Below, one piece after another: positions 1-12,999 of a stretch of DNA of 64,000 bases (position 1 is its first letter; each line of letters starts with the position of its first letter). This DNA is from Pristiophorus japonicus (lineage: Eukaryota). A program made the position numbers and the translations under genes. The notes beneath the pieces were generated by a model. The model was not told the origin of the DNA. It ran no database searches and saw nothing but the letters and a program-made list of their open reading frames with translations. Location of the stretch: positions 112,840,001 through 112,904,000 of the forward strand of contig NC_091988.1 in assembly GCF_044704955.1 (NCBI RefSeq), written 5' to 3'.

Positions 1-599
1 AAGCCTATTTCCTCTGAATATTTACATCAGGCAACCAAAGGCAGCTGTTATGAGAGGGTAATAAACAACACAGACCCATGGGCCTGCCACAGAGATTTGC
101 GAGCTGGATTAATAGGCAGCCACCCCTAACCTTCCCAGCATTGGATACCTGCAGGAAACTCCTGATGCTGTGCACTTTCCCGACTCTTCCAGAGTCAGCG
201 CCAAAGGGACTTGATCAGCCGGTTACACTGTGTATAAGAGCCATTCATCACACTTAATTTAATTAACGCACTAATAATTAAAACACACAGTCTTCAAGCT
301 TCATTCACACTTGTACCCAGCGTGACTCAATCCCTGACAAGCCTTTATCCAGCACGCCTGTGTACAACTCATTCCTTGGTCACACGTAATTAGGTACAAC
401 ACACACCCTGATCGTATTTATATCCAGTGTGACTTGTACAGCTCACACCCTGTCCCTATTATATCCAGTCCGACTCCATATGGTTCATTTACTGGTGAGA
501 TTGCTGCGCAGTGTGTGACTCAGAATAGCTCACTCCTTGGTCGCTGTTCTAACCTGCGAGACTGGACAGCTCACTCCCCGGGGTTACAGTGCTGCCTAC

Positions 600-762
600 C
601 AACCATCCCCTTAAGCTGGGCGGCCGCGCAGCACTCTGAAGGTCCCATGCAGCTGCTAAGCTGGCTTTCAAATAGAAAAAGTGCATGTGCGGAATTTTGA
701 ATGGCCCACGCAGCCTGTTAAAGGGGCCACGCAGACCACAACAAAAATTAGAGGGAACATTG
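600..762. mobile_element. Short non-autonomous DNA element (MITE-like), degraded left end
   Basis: Right end TTAGAGGGAACATTG; left end caaccatccccttaa is a weak inverted match. Confidence 0.35.
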
Positions 763-1049
763 CTGTCTACCATGACCCCTTGGTACACTCACACCGAGTG
801 TTACGTCCTCTTTGATTACACTAATAAGCAATCTGACCCCGTGTGGTTCACTCCCCGATTACACTGTTGTCAAGTGTGACTTCGTTAAGCTCATTATGTA
901 ATTTGAACAACTTGCATTTACATAGTACTTCAGAGAACCGTAAGGAAAAACATGGACGCTGAACCCAGGAGGCTGAAAGCAGTCGAGGTGGGCAAAGGCA
1001 ATGGGGATGCACAAGTGGCCAGAAGAATGGAGAGTTGGGATAAAAGAAA

Positions 1050-1490
1050 ACAAAGAAAGACTGGCATTTATATAGCACCTTTCACGACCACCGGTCGTCT
1101 CAAAGCGCTTTACAGCCAATTAAGTACTTTTGGAGTGTAATGTGGGAAATGCGGCAGCCTACTTACGCACAGCAAGCTCCCACACACAGCAATGTGATAA
1201 TGACCAGATAATCTCATTTTTTGTTATGTTGACTGAGGGATAAATATTGGCCGGGACACCGGGGATAACTCCCCTGCTCTTCTTCCAAATAGTGTCGTGG
1301 GATTTTCTACGTCTACCTGAGAGGGACCAGAGTTTTGTCTCATCCGAAAGACGGCAACTCTGTCGGTGCAGCACGCCCTCAGCACTGCACTGGAGTGTCA
1401 GCCTAGATTTTTGTGCTCAAGTCCCTGGAGTGGGACTTGAACTCACTACCTTCTCCGAGGCGAGAGTGCTGCCCACTGAGCCATGGCTGA
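1050..1490 (-). mobile_element. tRNA-derived Deu-domain SINE (SacSINE1/AmnSINE-like)
   Basis: Minus strand shows a B-box-like GTTCAAGTCCC, the Deu core (GCCGTCTTTCGGATGAGAC...GCCAATATTTATCCCTCA...) and tail GCTATATAAATGCCAGTCTTT. Homologous copies occur elsewhere in the window. Confidence 0.8.
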
Positions 1491-1534
1491 TACACAGATA
1501 ATTACTGTATTTAAAACAATCACCACATTGTATT

Positions 1535-2560
1535 TCTAGAATCGACAGCACAAATACAAGCCATTTGGCCCCAACTGATCTATGCCGGTGTTTATCCTCA
1601 TGAGCCGCCTTCAACTTTCATTACCTCTTCCCACCCTCCCTGCAATATTCCTCTATTCTCTTCTCCCTCAAGTCTGTATCAAACCTCTCCTTAAATGCAT
1701 CAATGCTATCTGCTTCAACCACTTCATTTTTCAGCAACTCCCACATTTTCACCACTATCTGTAAAGAGAATACTCCTAAATGAGATCTATGAGAGTCTAT
1801 CTTATATTTGAGCCCCCTTGTTCTGGACTTAACCACAAGTGAAAAGTTTCTTCACATCCATGCTGTCGAAGCCTTTCATAATTTGAATAATCTCTATCAA
1901 GTTTTCTCTTAGGCTTTGCTTTTCCAGAAAAGAACCCCAGACTGCTCAATCTTTCCTGATTGTTACATCCTCTCAATCTGGTAACAGCCTTGTAAATCTT
2001 TTCTGTACATTGTCCGGTGCTTCAGTATTCTTTTTATAGTATGGAGACCAGAACTGCACAGTTATTATTGAGAAATAGGCTATATTAATTTAAAAAACAC
2101 AGCGTTGCAACTTCAAAGTTAAGGAAATACAATCTTACATTAAGCTCACATCTGTCACATTTCAAACCTGTGTCAAAAGGGAAAGATATGCACGAATTTC
2201 CTGATGGAAATTCAAAATGGTCATGGTGCTGCAAGAGAAGTGTTAGCGCATTGCAGAAACACATTTCTCCCAACCCCTCTCCATTCTTTGGCTGATGATC
2301 ATCATTAATTCCCTCTAGTTACCAGGTCATTAACCATTGGAAATAGCATTTTTCTCTCTACCTTATCAAAACCCTTCCTCATTTTGAAAAATTCTCAGAT
2401 ATCCCCTTAATCCTCTTTGTTCGAATAAAAACAGCTATGGTTTCTCTAATCTCTCGTCATATCTAAAGCCTCTCTTCCATGGGATCATCTTAGTGAATCT
2501 CTCCTGTACCCTCTGCATGGCCTTGACATCGTTCTTAAAGTAGTGTCCCAAAAACTGGAC
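1535..2560 (-). mobile_element. Old CR1 LINE 3' fragments (about 1535-2060 and 2280-2560)
   Basis: Degenerate CR1 C-terminal motifs (SRTRGLKYK, WELL..EVVEADSIDAFK). Confidence 0.7.
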
Positions 2561-3617
2561 CACACACGCGCACACAATGCCAGAATACTTAACCCTCGCC
2601 TCTCTGTCTCACATCTATACGCATGTGCACACAGTGCCAGGCACCAAGTGATTCCTGTGTTTCGGTTTTTTACAATGCTGCTCTGACACTTTGTGCCAGA
2701 CTCCCCTGCACTGAGATCATGCATCGACCGTCATCATTTAAAAAAATGTATATTAGTTGAGGTGAGCTTCCACACAACATGCCTGCCTCCGTCCAACCAG
2801 CAGTTTGAAAGTATAAGCACGGGATCAAAGGACTTGGGGGGGGCGGAGGGGGGGGGGAACATCAGTTAGTGTATAGATATTAACATTAGGGTTTTGGGGC
2901 AATAAACACAAATACTCTTCCTTTTTAAAGTTTTCAAGCAGCAACTGAAAGTCTCAGTGATGATGGGCATTTCTATCAACCAGGCTCAATCACGAAAAGC
3001 TGTGTCACCTAGCAATGGGACTGCTTTGGTGTGAGCTCTCTATATGGGAGTACCTCCCCTCACTTAAGAGAATGGTGCAACATCAGTCTTGTGCAAAGCG
3101 AGATTTCTTGAAAGATCAGCACCCCGCCTGCTGTTCAGTGAGATGTCCCACTTTGGAAGCAGTGAATGACGGAGGTCTCTGCTGGGTGGTGATGCTCACT
3201 GAACAGCATCCAGTCGCCCCACACCAACGGGAGAGGTGCCCTTTGCCGGTTTTCCTAGATGGGATTAACCACATCCTTCCCCGCCATTAGTTATAGCAAC
3301 GGTGAATCGCACAGTCCAGGGTGAGTCTGCCCTCATTGATTCCACGTGGTGCGTACTCCGATCCTGCTCAGTTTAGAAAGAGACATTACTCCGTTAAATT
3401 TGGCTTTGCATATACGGTGCCATGGTTATTGATTTTTTGCCATGCCCTGGTCCTTCTTTGTTCAAACGTATGTTTTGCGGGTGCAGTGAAAGTACAAAGG
3501 CACTATGACTACTCCCAGACCGGGATATCATTTCCACAGCAGCCTCCTGTGAACTGGTGAAAGCTAGGCTTGGACTCCAAACGGAAACAGCTTGAGAACG
3601 CACTTTACTTCCTTGCC

Positions 3618-3967
3618 CAGGAGAGGCGTGAGTTCGGGGCCCAGAAGAGGCGAGGGCCCGGGGCAACACGGGCCAGCCCACACTGCGATATGTGTGTGTG
3701 CACTAGGTCCGTGCAGCAGAGCTGGTCTCCAGTCGTCTTGGTTAACCCTTGCCACTGGACCAAGACCTAGCTCTGTCAAGCCCGTGTGGTGCTGGTGTGC
3801 AATGGCCACCCCACGTTAAAAAAATCCACACACAGGCATCTTCCACCCTTCAGGATGTAGTTCAGGATCTGGAATATTAGGTCCTTCATTGAAACACCTG
3901 TGAACTCATCCTTTTTTGGCGTGGAAGCAAATCATCCTCGTTTCGAGGGACTGCCTATGATGATGAC
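3618..3967 (+). mobile_element. Short internally deleted (bipartite) RTE element
   Basis: RTE 5'UTR and first ORF codons fused to the RTE 3' tail GTGGAAGCAA..CATCCTCG..CGAGGGACTGCCT(ATG)n. Confidence 0.8.
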
Positions 3968-4269
3968 TTCCTTGCGTCTGATATTAGCCGAGAGTCGGGG
4001 AGCTGGGCTGCCGTCTCTAGTCAGGAAGGCCAGCAGTGTAATGTAACATGGGGCAGCGATCAGCCTCAAACTGAGGCTCCCGTGCATTTGCTCATTATTT
4101 TAATGAAAGAGTTCAGTGTCCACACCTGGTGATAGAAGACCCTGGTTGTGAGAAATGCCAAGAGTGACAACATCCTGCGACGCAACATTTCAAAAGGTCA
4201 CATTAGCTCTCGTTAGTCTGAGTTTCATTAAAGTCTAAGCCTGTACCAGTGACACCGCAGTGCACAGCA

Positions 4270-4700
4270 AAGAAAGATGGACTTGCATTTATATAGCCCC
4301 TTTCACAACCTCAGGATGTCCCAAAGCGCTCTACAGCCAATGGAGTACTTTTGAAGCATGGTCACTGTTGTAATGTCGGAAACACGGCAGTCAATATGCG
4401 CGCAACAAGCTCCCACAAACAGCAATGTGATATTAATCATATCATCTGTTTTAGTGATGTTGGTTGAGGGTTAAATATTGGCCGGGACATTGGGGAGAAC
4501 TCCCTGGCTCTCCTTCAAAATACTGCCATGGGATCTTTAATGAGGGGGCAGTCGGGACCTCGGTTTAACATCTCATTTGAAAGATGGCGCCTCTGACAGT
4601 GCAGCACTCCCTCAGTTCTGCCTAGATTTTATGCTCAAGTCTCTGGAGTTGAACACACAACCTTCTGACTGAGAGGAGAGTGTGCTGCCCACTGACACTA
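4270..4700 (-). mobile_element. Deu-domain SINE
   Basis: Homologous to 1050-1490. Confidence 0.8.
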
Positions 4701-5084
4701 TAAATGAGTCCTAACAACCAGTGTCTTCAGTGCCCGAATATGGCATGTACAAGAAAACAGATCCTTTCATTTGTTTCCAATTTGGTTTCATACTGCTGCA
4801 GTCAGCTCTAGTACTTTACACTGAACTAATGAGTACACAATGTGGTACAGATGGATCAGTTCAAGCTATAACCACACTGCCCAGTATTAGTGTAGGTGCT
4901 CCATCCTGTACCACTGATGTATGCCTGTCTGCCCGACACAAATGTCCATGGGTAATGGCACGAGGTCGACATCCAGTATAGGACAGGCATTCCATTCCAG
5001 ACACAGTACAGACGTTGCATCTATTAACTCTGATACAGACTCCCCCATCCAGCACAGAACAGGCATTCCATCTATTAACACTGG

Positions 5085-5478
5085 CACCCCATCCACCACC
5101 TTCAACATTCACTCCCTCCACCACCGGTGCACCGTGGCTGCAGTGTGTACCATCTACAAGATGCAGTGCAGCAACTCGCCAAGGCTTCTTCGACTGCACC
5201 TTCCAAACCCGTGACCTCTACCACCTAGAAGGACAAGGGCAGCAGGCGCATGGGAACACCATCACCTGTAAGTTACACACCATTTTTACTAGGAAATATA
5301 TCACCGTTCCTTCATAGTTGCTAGGTCAAAATTCTGGAACTCCCTCCCTAACAGCATTGTGGGAGTACCTCCACCACAAGGATTGAAGTGGTTCAAGAAG
5401 GCGACTCACCACCATCTTCGAAAGGGCAATAAATGCTGGCCTTGCCAGTGACACCCACATCCCATGAATGAATAAAAA
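5085..5478 (+). mobile_element. CR1-clade LINE 3' end (second family, 'B'), inserted in a short ~50-bp tandem repeat (4970-5530)
   Basis: IHSLHHRCTVAAVCTIYKM motif and tail GGGCAATAAATGCTGGCCTTGCCAG; CCATCCAGCACAG.ACAGGCATTCCATCTATTA occurs on both flanks. Confidence 0.8.
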
Positions 5479-5534
5479 ACTGACACCGACTCACCCATCC
5501 AGCACAGTACAGGCATTCCATCTATTACTGACTA

Positions 5535-5893
5535 AAGTAGTGCAGTACTGAGAGAGTGCTGCACTGTTGGAGGTGCTGTCTTTTGGATGAGACGTTAAAC
5601 CGAAGCCCCGTTTGCCATCTCAGATGGATGTAAAAGATCCTATGACACTACTCAAACAGGAGTAGGGGATTACTTCTGGTCTCGTGGCCAACACTGATCC
5701 CTTAACCAGCACCTAAAACAGATTAATAATTGGTCATTTATCTCATTTTATGAGGCCTTGCTGTGCATCAATTGGTTGCTGTATTTGTCTACATTACAAC
5801 AGTGACTACACTTGGAAAGTACAACATTGGCTATGAAGCGTTTTGGGCCATCCTGAGGATGTGAAATGCATTATATAAACACACGTTCTCTCT
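5535..5893 (+). mobile_element. Deu-domain SINE, 5'-truncated
   Basis: Deu core GGAGGTGCTGTCTTTTGGATGAGACGTTAAACCG... and tail. Confidence 0.75.
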
Positions 5894-6134
5894 TTAATCA
5901 GTGAGCCATCAGGGAGCTGTAGATGCTACATTTTCAAACGCTATGATGGAATATTCTAAACTAATAGAGCATAACGCGGGCAAAAAAAATAATCTGCGGA
6001 GAGAAAGAGCAACCAGGAAGAGGATGCAACAGGGAATTGAGGCTCTTTCTATAGTAATGCTGTAAAGGTCAGGGTAAGACTTTAGATTTTGATCACTGCC
6101 CTGCTCAGAGTTATTGGGCTCAATGGCATCTGGC

Positions 6135-6237
6135 CACTCCCTGTTCAGGACTCCCAGCTTCCCGGCCACTCCCTATTCAGGACTCCCAGCTTCCCGATCA
6201 CTCCCTATTCAGGACTCCCAGCTTCTGGCCACTCCCT
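6135..6237. repeat. ~32-bp tandem repeat, 3 copies
   Basis: CACTCCCT(G/A)TTCAGGACTCCCAGCTTC repeated. Confidence 0.85.
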
Positions 6238-6984
6238 GGATCAATACTTGAAGCTACTTAAGAGTGGAAACTGTCTAGTCCATTAAACTCCCCACTCCTG
6301 GACTGACCGTGCGGCCAATGCCTCCTAGCTCCAACCTGATTGCAGGTAGTGCTGCCCTGCTTCCTGTCCGTCTCTGCAACAAATCTTTCCCATAGGGTAA
6401 TTACACATTATAAGCCTTCTTCCATTCCTTACCTTTGCTTCAAGAACTTTAGCTGCAACTGTACTTAAAACCCCCAGATAACAGTTTGTAATCATTCTAT
6501 TCTTGCAGCAGAAATTGCCCTGATAGACTGAATTGCCAGATGCATGATACTGTTCAAGTGCTATTTGACTGTTGCTTTGTAATGAATGTCAAATTTGAGC
6601 ATGCTTTAGGCCCTATGGACACAATGAACACTGTCCAAAATTCCAAGGGCACTTTTCCATACCCTACCAATAAACGGCAGATTCAAAGCTTTTGATCATC
6701 TATTTATGTATGTATCTCTCTACATATACTTTGGCAGCATCGCCACTGGGGGAGGGTGGAATTACACTGACAAGTTTACATAATCAGTTCCCATTATAAA
6801 TAGATGGCTGCAGATGCACAGGCATCCTCTGACCCTGTTGCAATGATCAACTCCACATGACACTTAATGATAATTTATGTGAAACAGCAGATCCTAAACT
6901 CAAGACAAGAAAATTGACACCTAGTCAACAGTCCTTCCTCAACACTATCTACTCGAGGGCAACTCGCTGCTCAATTTGGGTTCC

Positions 6985-8745
6985 GCCAGGACCACTCAAA
7001 TCCAGACCTTATTACAGCCTTGGTCCAAACATGATCCAAAGAGCTGAATTCCAGAGGTGAGGTGAGAGTGACTGCCCTTGACATCAAGGCCACATTTGAC
7101 CGTGTGGCATCAAGGAGCTCCAGTAAAATTGAAGTCAATGGGAATCAGGAGGAAAACTCTCTACTGGCTGGAGTCATATCCAGCACAAAGGAAGATGGCT
7201 GTGGTGGTTGGAGGTCAATCAGCTCAACCCCAGGACATCGCTGCAGGGGTTCCTCAGGGCAGTGTCCTAGGCCCAACCATCTTCAGCTGCTTCATCAATG
7301 ACCTTCCCTCCATCATCAGGTCAAAAGTGGGGATGTTCGCTGATGATTGCCATTCGCAACTCCTCAGATAATGAAGCAGTCCATGCCCGCATGCAGCAAG
7401 ACCTGGACAACATTCAGACTCAGGAAGGTAATTGGCAAGTACCATTCGCGCCACACAAGTGCCAGGAAATGACCATCTCCAACTAGTGAGAGTCTAACCA
7501 CCAGCCCTTGACATTTAACGGCATTACCATCATAGACTTCCCCACCATCAACATCCTGGGGTTCACCACTGACCAGAAACTTAACTGGACCAGCCACTTA
7601 AATACTGTGGCTACAAGAGCAGGTCAGAGGCTGGGTATTCTGCGGTGTGTATCTCACCTTCTGACTCCCCAAAGTCTTTCATAAGAACATAAGAAATAGG
7701 AGCAGGAGTAGGCCATATGGCCTCTCGAGCCTGCTCCGCCATTCAATCAGATCATAGCTGATCATCGATCTCAACTCCACTTTCCCGCCCGGTCTCCATA
7801 TCCCTTGGTCCCCTAGAGTCCAAAAATCTATCACTCTCAGCCTTGAATATACTCAAAGACTCAGCATCCACAGCCCTCTCGAGCAGAGAATTCCAAAGAT
7901 TCACAACCCTTAGAGTAAAGGAATTCCTCCTCATCTCGGTCTTAAATGGCCTAGCCCTTATCCTAGAGACTATGTCCCTTAGTTCTAGACCCTCCAGCCA
8001 GGAGGAAACAACCTCTCAGCATCTACCGTCAATCCACTTCAGAATCTTGTATGTTTCAATCAGATCACACCTCATTCTTCTAAACTCCAGAAACTATAGG
8101 CCCATTCTACACAACCTTTCATCATAGGACAACTCTCTCATCCCAGGAATCAATTTAGTGAACCTTTGTTGCACAGCTAAGGAGACCAAAACTGGGCACA
8201 ATACTGGATGGGTGCAGCTCCTACAACACTCAAGAAGCTCGACACCATCCAGGATAAAGCAGCCCGCTTGATTTGCACTTCATCCACCACCTTAAGCGTT
8301 CACTCCCTCCACCACCGGCACACCGTGAGTGCACTGTGTACCATCTACAAGATGCACTGCAGCAACTCGCTAAGTGAGATTGAGCTCAGTGCATTTTCCT
8401 TATTCATTCTCAGGATGTGCATGGGAACACCATCACCTGCAAGTTCCCCTCCAAGTTACAGACCATCCAGACTTGGAAATATATCGCTGTTCCTTCATAG
8501 TCGCTGGGTCAAAGTCCTGGAACTCCCTCCCTAACAGCATTGTGGGAGCACCTTCACCACACGGACTGCAGCGGTTCAAGAAAGCGGCTCCTCACCACCT
8601 TCCCAAGGGCAATTAGGGATGGGCAATAAATGCTGGCCTTGCCAGCGACGCCCACATCCCAGGACGAATAAGCAAAAAATCTTGAGACGGGCACTAAATG
8701 CTGGTCTTGCTCACGACGCCCATATCCCGAGAATGAAGAAAGAAA
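6985..8745 (+). mobile_element. CR1 family B RT/3' fragment interrupted by an antisense CR1 family A 3' end (7681-8200)
   Basis: [21 protein letters not shown] and FADD motifs; resumes at ~8205. The insert carries the ATAAGAAC tail on the minus strand. Confidence 0.85.
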
Positions 8746-9467
8746 ATGCACAGCTCCATCTTCCTTGTGTGCTATCTGGTGCCATGAGCAGCAATGGAAG
8801 CTGATATGTCGTGTGGCATTAAGGTGAAAACATGAACGGATGGGGAACCACAGCCTTTAGCATTTCTGTCCTGTACCTTGTTTAAAAGCGGAGCTGGACT
8901 GCCAGCTCGGGCAGTCTTGTCTCTTTTCATTACAATGCACTGTTCCCCGCTGCCCAGGCCAGTTTGCTTTAGCGGAGTGAAACTGCCTGAGGGTCTGAGA
9001 GACCTCGTCTGGAAGGCCAAGTGTCTGGGGGACGACAGCCCGAGCATCACAGTGCTGGCACGCGTCCATGGCCTGCAGCCTCACCTCATTCAGTCAGCTG
9101 TCACCGCAGTGATCATAAGTAATACGGCAGCACACTGCAGATAGGCCTGCTGAGAGCTACAGGAACTTTCAGCGTATACTGCAGTCCCCAGAGATAAACA
9201 TCTGATCCAGGAGCTCGCACTGAGGAAGGAAGCAAAATTCAGGTTTGGTTGAAGGGGCACACTCCATGAAAAATGCTTAGCTTTTTTTTTTGCTTACCCT
9301 GCCTGTAAAACAATAATGCTAACTGCATTGTTGTATCAAAATGCTGTTTCAACTGACTTGTGTCACTGGGTCCCATGTTTGAAAAAGTAATGACAGACAC
9401 TATTGCATGAAGATGGCCTCCCTTTAGTTAAAATCTATTACTGTTAATTGAAGACAAAAACATTCAT

Positions 9468-10335
9468 GGAGACAAAATTCGGTCGCGCTCCGTTTGGACC
9501 GGAAACTTTTCACTTTTAGAAAATTTACCGCCGGCAAGATGGGTTGCCAAATTGTGAAATTGGGCGTTTTCGCCCCAGGAGTGAAGGGGCGGTAAATGAG
9601 AGGCGAATGGCCTCAGCTGAGCACTGCGGGGGACTCTATTCGCTGCGGGGAGGACTCTGTTCGCCGCAGGGGCATTTTTCACAGCCACTTACCCAATTGC
9701 AGCCGAGTTCCATTCAGCAATCAGCCTTCAATCCTCGACTCCAGCTCCATCTGGCTCTTAAAGGGGAGGTCATTTGAACCTGCTGCCGCTCATTTTCAGC
9801 ATTGCTGCGCTTGAGTCAGTGATCTGTGGATCTGAGGAAGATTCCGAAATGGCTGCTGCTAATCCCGCTTCAAGGACAAGGGCCACATGAATTAACGATG
9901 TGGCTCTGGGGGCATTAGTGCAGCCACAGGAGACAAGGAGGGGGTCGCTGTTCCCTATATCGGGAAGGAGGTCATCATCGCAGGTTTTCAGGGTCATGTG
10001 GCACGAGGTGGTCCAGGAGGTGTCGGCCAGCACTCAGGTGCAGAGAAGCCTCACCTAGTGCAGGAAAAAAATTCTACAACCTGTGCAAAGTAGTGAAGGT
10101 GATACTGGCACTACGCTTTGTAGGAGGTTAGACTAGTAGAGGAGTCTGCAATGGGTGATGCACCGGGGCCTAGAGAGCGTCAGCAAGGCCAAGGGGAAAG
10201 GGAGCCTCGGGAGCCATCTCCTCGGAGGGCGAGTTCACACGAGAGTTCTGCTCCACAGGACTCAGATGAGGACCTCGATGGGGAGGCGTTCACACAAAGA
10301 GTGATGGGCATGCACTCGACACTTTTTCCCGGGTG
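9468..10335 (+). mobile_element. Harbinger/PIF transposon remnant with Myb/SANT DNA-binding pseudogene (9849-10098)
   Basis: From ATG 9849: MAAANPASRTRAT*INDVALGALVQPQETRRGSLFP...VMWHEVVQEVSASTQVQRSLT*CRKK/FYNLCKVVK, the R.F...L.L....W..V..VS...RT..QC.KKF..L pattern of Harbinger ORF2/NAIF1-like proteins. GC-rich TIR-like left end. Confidence 0.75.
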
Positions 10336-11039
10336 AGTGGGGAAAAGATGTTTCAATATGCTAATCTTATCCCTGTATGAAGACCTTTGCCCTTTCTCAG
10401 CAGAGCACTCAAGAATCGTGTCCAAGCTAAAGTTGGAATCAACCAGTGGACCCTTTGTAACTTCCCACGAATACATCGGAGATCCCCTCTTGAGCTGCAC
10501 AAAGTCAGAATGTTGCAGATGGCAGCACCCACCACCATATCCCATCTCCTAGCCCATTGTTTAAGATGGTCTTAGAAATGTCTGGAACAGAAACACTGAA
10601 AGCATCCTTTATGGTGGCATCAACATATCACCAAGGAATGGAAGAGTGAAGAGCTTCCCTGGCCATTTCAATGATCAGTGCTGGCTGGAACAGGAAGTAT
10701 ACACATATAATTCAATCTGAGGAAGGGAAACGACTGTAATTAAGGGTTAACGTGTGGAAATGATATTAACCATTGGAATCAGATTCAATGGGGGTGACAG
10801 GCATCTATTAGCGCATCGGCAACCCGTCTTACACTGCTAAAATGTTTTGTTATGACTTCAAAGGTTCTATGCTGTTGTTGAAACAGGTTCACAGCTTATC
10901 TTCCAGACATTAATGGAGCTCCCTAGATTTCAGGATCCATCCCAGTAGCTTCCAGTCTGTGCAGCATCTCAGGCTAACTTAGTTTTCTTCCTCTTGGATG
11001 AGGCCACACTTTGTTCCCGTTGCAGCCCTCATTCACTCA

Positions 11040-11400
11040 TTCATAAGCGGTCCCTCGAGCGAGGATGACTTGCTTCCACAAGAGTTCACAGATATTTCAA
11101 TGAAGGACCCGATGTTCCAGTCCTGACCTCCAATTGAGGGGGTGGAAGATGCCTGTGCGTGGATTTTTTTAACGTGTGGTGACCGTTACACATCAGCCAC
11201 CACACGAGCTTGACAGAGCTAGGTCTTGGTCCAGTGGCAAGGGTTGAACCAGGACGACTGGAGACCTGCTCTGCTGCACGACCCTAGTGCGCGCACATAT
11301 CGCAGTGTGGGCTGGGCCCGTGCTGCCCCTGGGCCCCGTACCCTCATTCGCCGCACCTTCACCTACGATGTTCCGGGGCCCGGCGCTCCAGCTCTATCCA
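11040..11400 (-). mobile_element. Short bipartite RTE element
   Basis: Reverse-complement homolog of 3618-3967. Confidence 0.8.
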
Positions 11401-12284
11401 TAGTCCCGATCTGCGGTGGTGTTCACACACAGATCGGGGTGGCCCATGATGCAGCCCTACCCTGATGGTAAAAGCTTTGTGTGTGTGTACATGACATATT
11501 CTAAATGTGCATTTGTGAGGAGCGCTTGGACAGATGAGGCAGCAGTGCTGGCAATGCGCCTCTGTCGTGGAGTTACGGAATTTGGCAGTGTTTGTGAAAG
11601 CAAGGAGGCTACTGCACGTTCCCAAACTTACAGCTCAGTTTATTGCAAGTCCTTTTGATTTCAGAATCCAAACCTTTCAACAGGCTGAGAGGGGGCAGCC
11701 TGTACAGGGTGATCGAGGGAACTGAGAAACCCATTCGATATTGAGTGGAGCCAGGAAATGCAGCTTACACAGGTCAGCCTGAGCATGCAACAATACAAGT
11801 TACTATTTGCGTCGCGGGCTCTGATTGGTGAATGGCAGCTCAAGGTAACACTGGGAAAAATTACAACAGGGTGCGCGTGAAAAAGGAGCTTCACTAATAG
11901 GGAAGGCAGTTTGTACGTGTGGAATTGGCACTGAATAAGAAAAGGCTAGCAGAGTAGCTTCAAGCACAGAGGGTTTATACCAAATCAAATTAGAACCAGC
12001 ACAAACAGTTATAAAAGGCTGCAAATTTCCAGCACTTCACCAGTCACTAGGGATTTGAATGTAATAAACTCTCTGCAGCTCTCGGTCACCAGCTGCTCAT
12101 CCCTGAAACAAAAGTGTGCAAAGTAGTGCTGGATACTTTGTTAGCTGAGTAGACCACTTCCAAAAATTCTGGGAAACGTGGCACTTAGGTAAAAATGTAG
12201 CAGCATTCAATAGCAATAGTGAATCTCCTCTGCTGATGATCTCATGTAGTCTGAGGTTTTTGTGCACAGTTGTGCTGCTTAACA

Positions 12285-12710
12285 ACAATTTCCTTTATGT
12301 AGTGCCTGTAGCAAAACGAAGGCGAATCACAAGAGCATCATAAAACAAACCGAGCCACAGAGATATTAGGTCAGGTGGCCAAAAGCTTGGTCAAGGAGGT
12401 AGGTTTTAAGGAGCGTCTTAAAAGGAGGGTAGAGAGGCAGAAAGGTTTAGGGAGGGAGTTCCAGATCTTAGGGCACAGACAGCTGAAGGCACGGCCGTCA
12501 ATGGTGGGGCAAAGGAAAGCAAGGATGCCAGAATTGGAGGAGCGCAGAGATGTCAAGAGGGTTGTAGGGCTGCAGGAGTTTAGAGATATGGAGGGGCAAA
12601 GACATGGAAGGATTTGAACACAAGGATGTGAATTTTAAAATTGAAGTGTTGCTGGACCAGGAGTCCATGTTGGTCAGTCAGCACAGGGGTGATGGATGGA
12701 TGGAACTTGG
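12285..12710 (-). mobile_element. L2-like LINE 3' fragment
   Basis: Minus-strand IDGRAFSCLCPKIWNSLP; homologous to 60810-61350. Confidence 0.7.
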
Positions 12711-12999
12711 GTGTTAAGGTGGAGCTGACCTCTTAAGGCAACTCTTCAAGCACTCCATTTGGGGAACTGAGCCAAGGGGAAGGACTCCAAAATCCACAGG
12801 CCACAATTTTAAAAGATCATTCTCGTGATGTGGGTGTCACTGGCAAGACTTATTGCCCACCCCTAGTTGCACCAAGAAGGTGGAGGTGGGCCTGCTCCTG
12901 TAGTGGTTTGATGCAACTGAGTGGCTTGATTGGCCACTTCAGAGGACAGTCAACAGTTAACCACATCGGTGTCCCAGCAACTGTGCCAGGATCGTGCCC

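Noticed and set aside
1400-1490. tRNA-like A/B boxes
   Set aside because: This is the head of a Deu-domain SINE, not a tRNA gene.
8877-9050. Minus-strand ORF ending at a possible donor (LLNK|gtacag)
   Set aside because: No recognisable homology, a weak donor, and phase 0 does not fit the RNF123 phase-2 junction.
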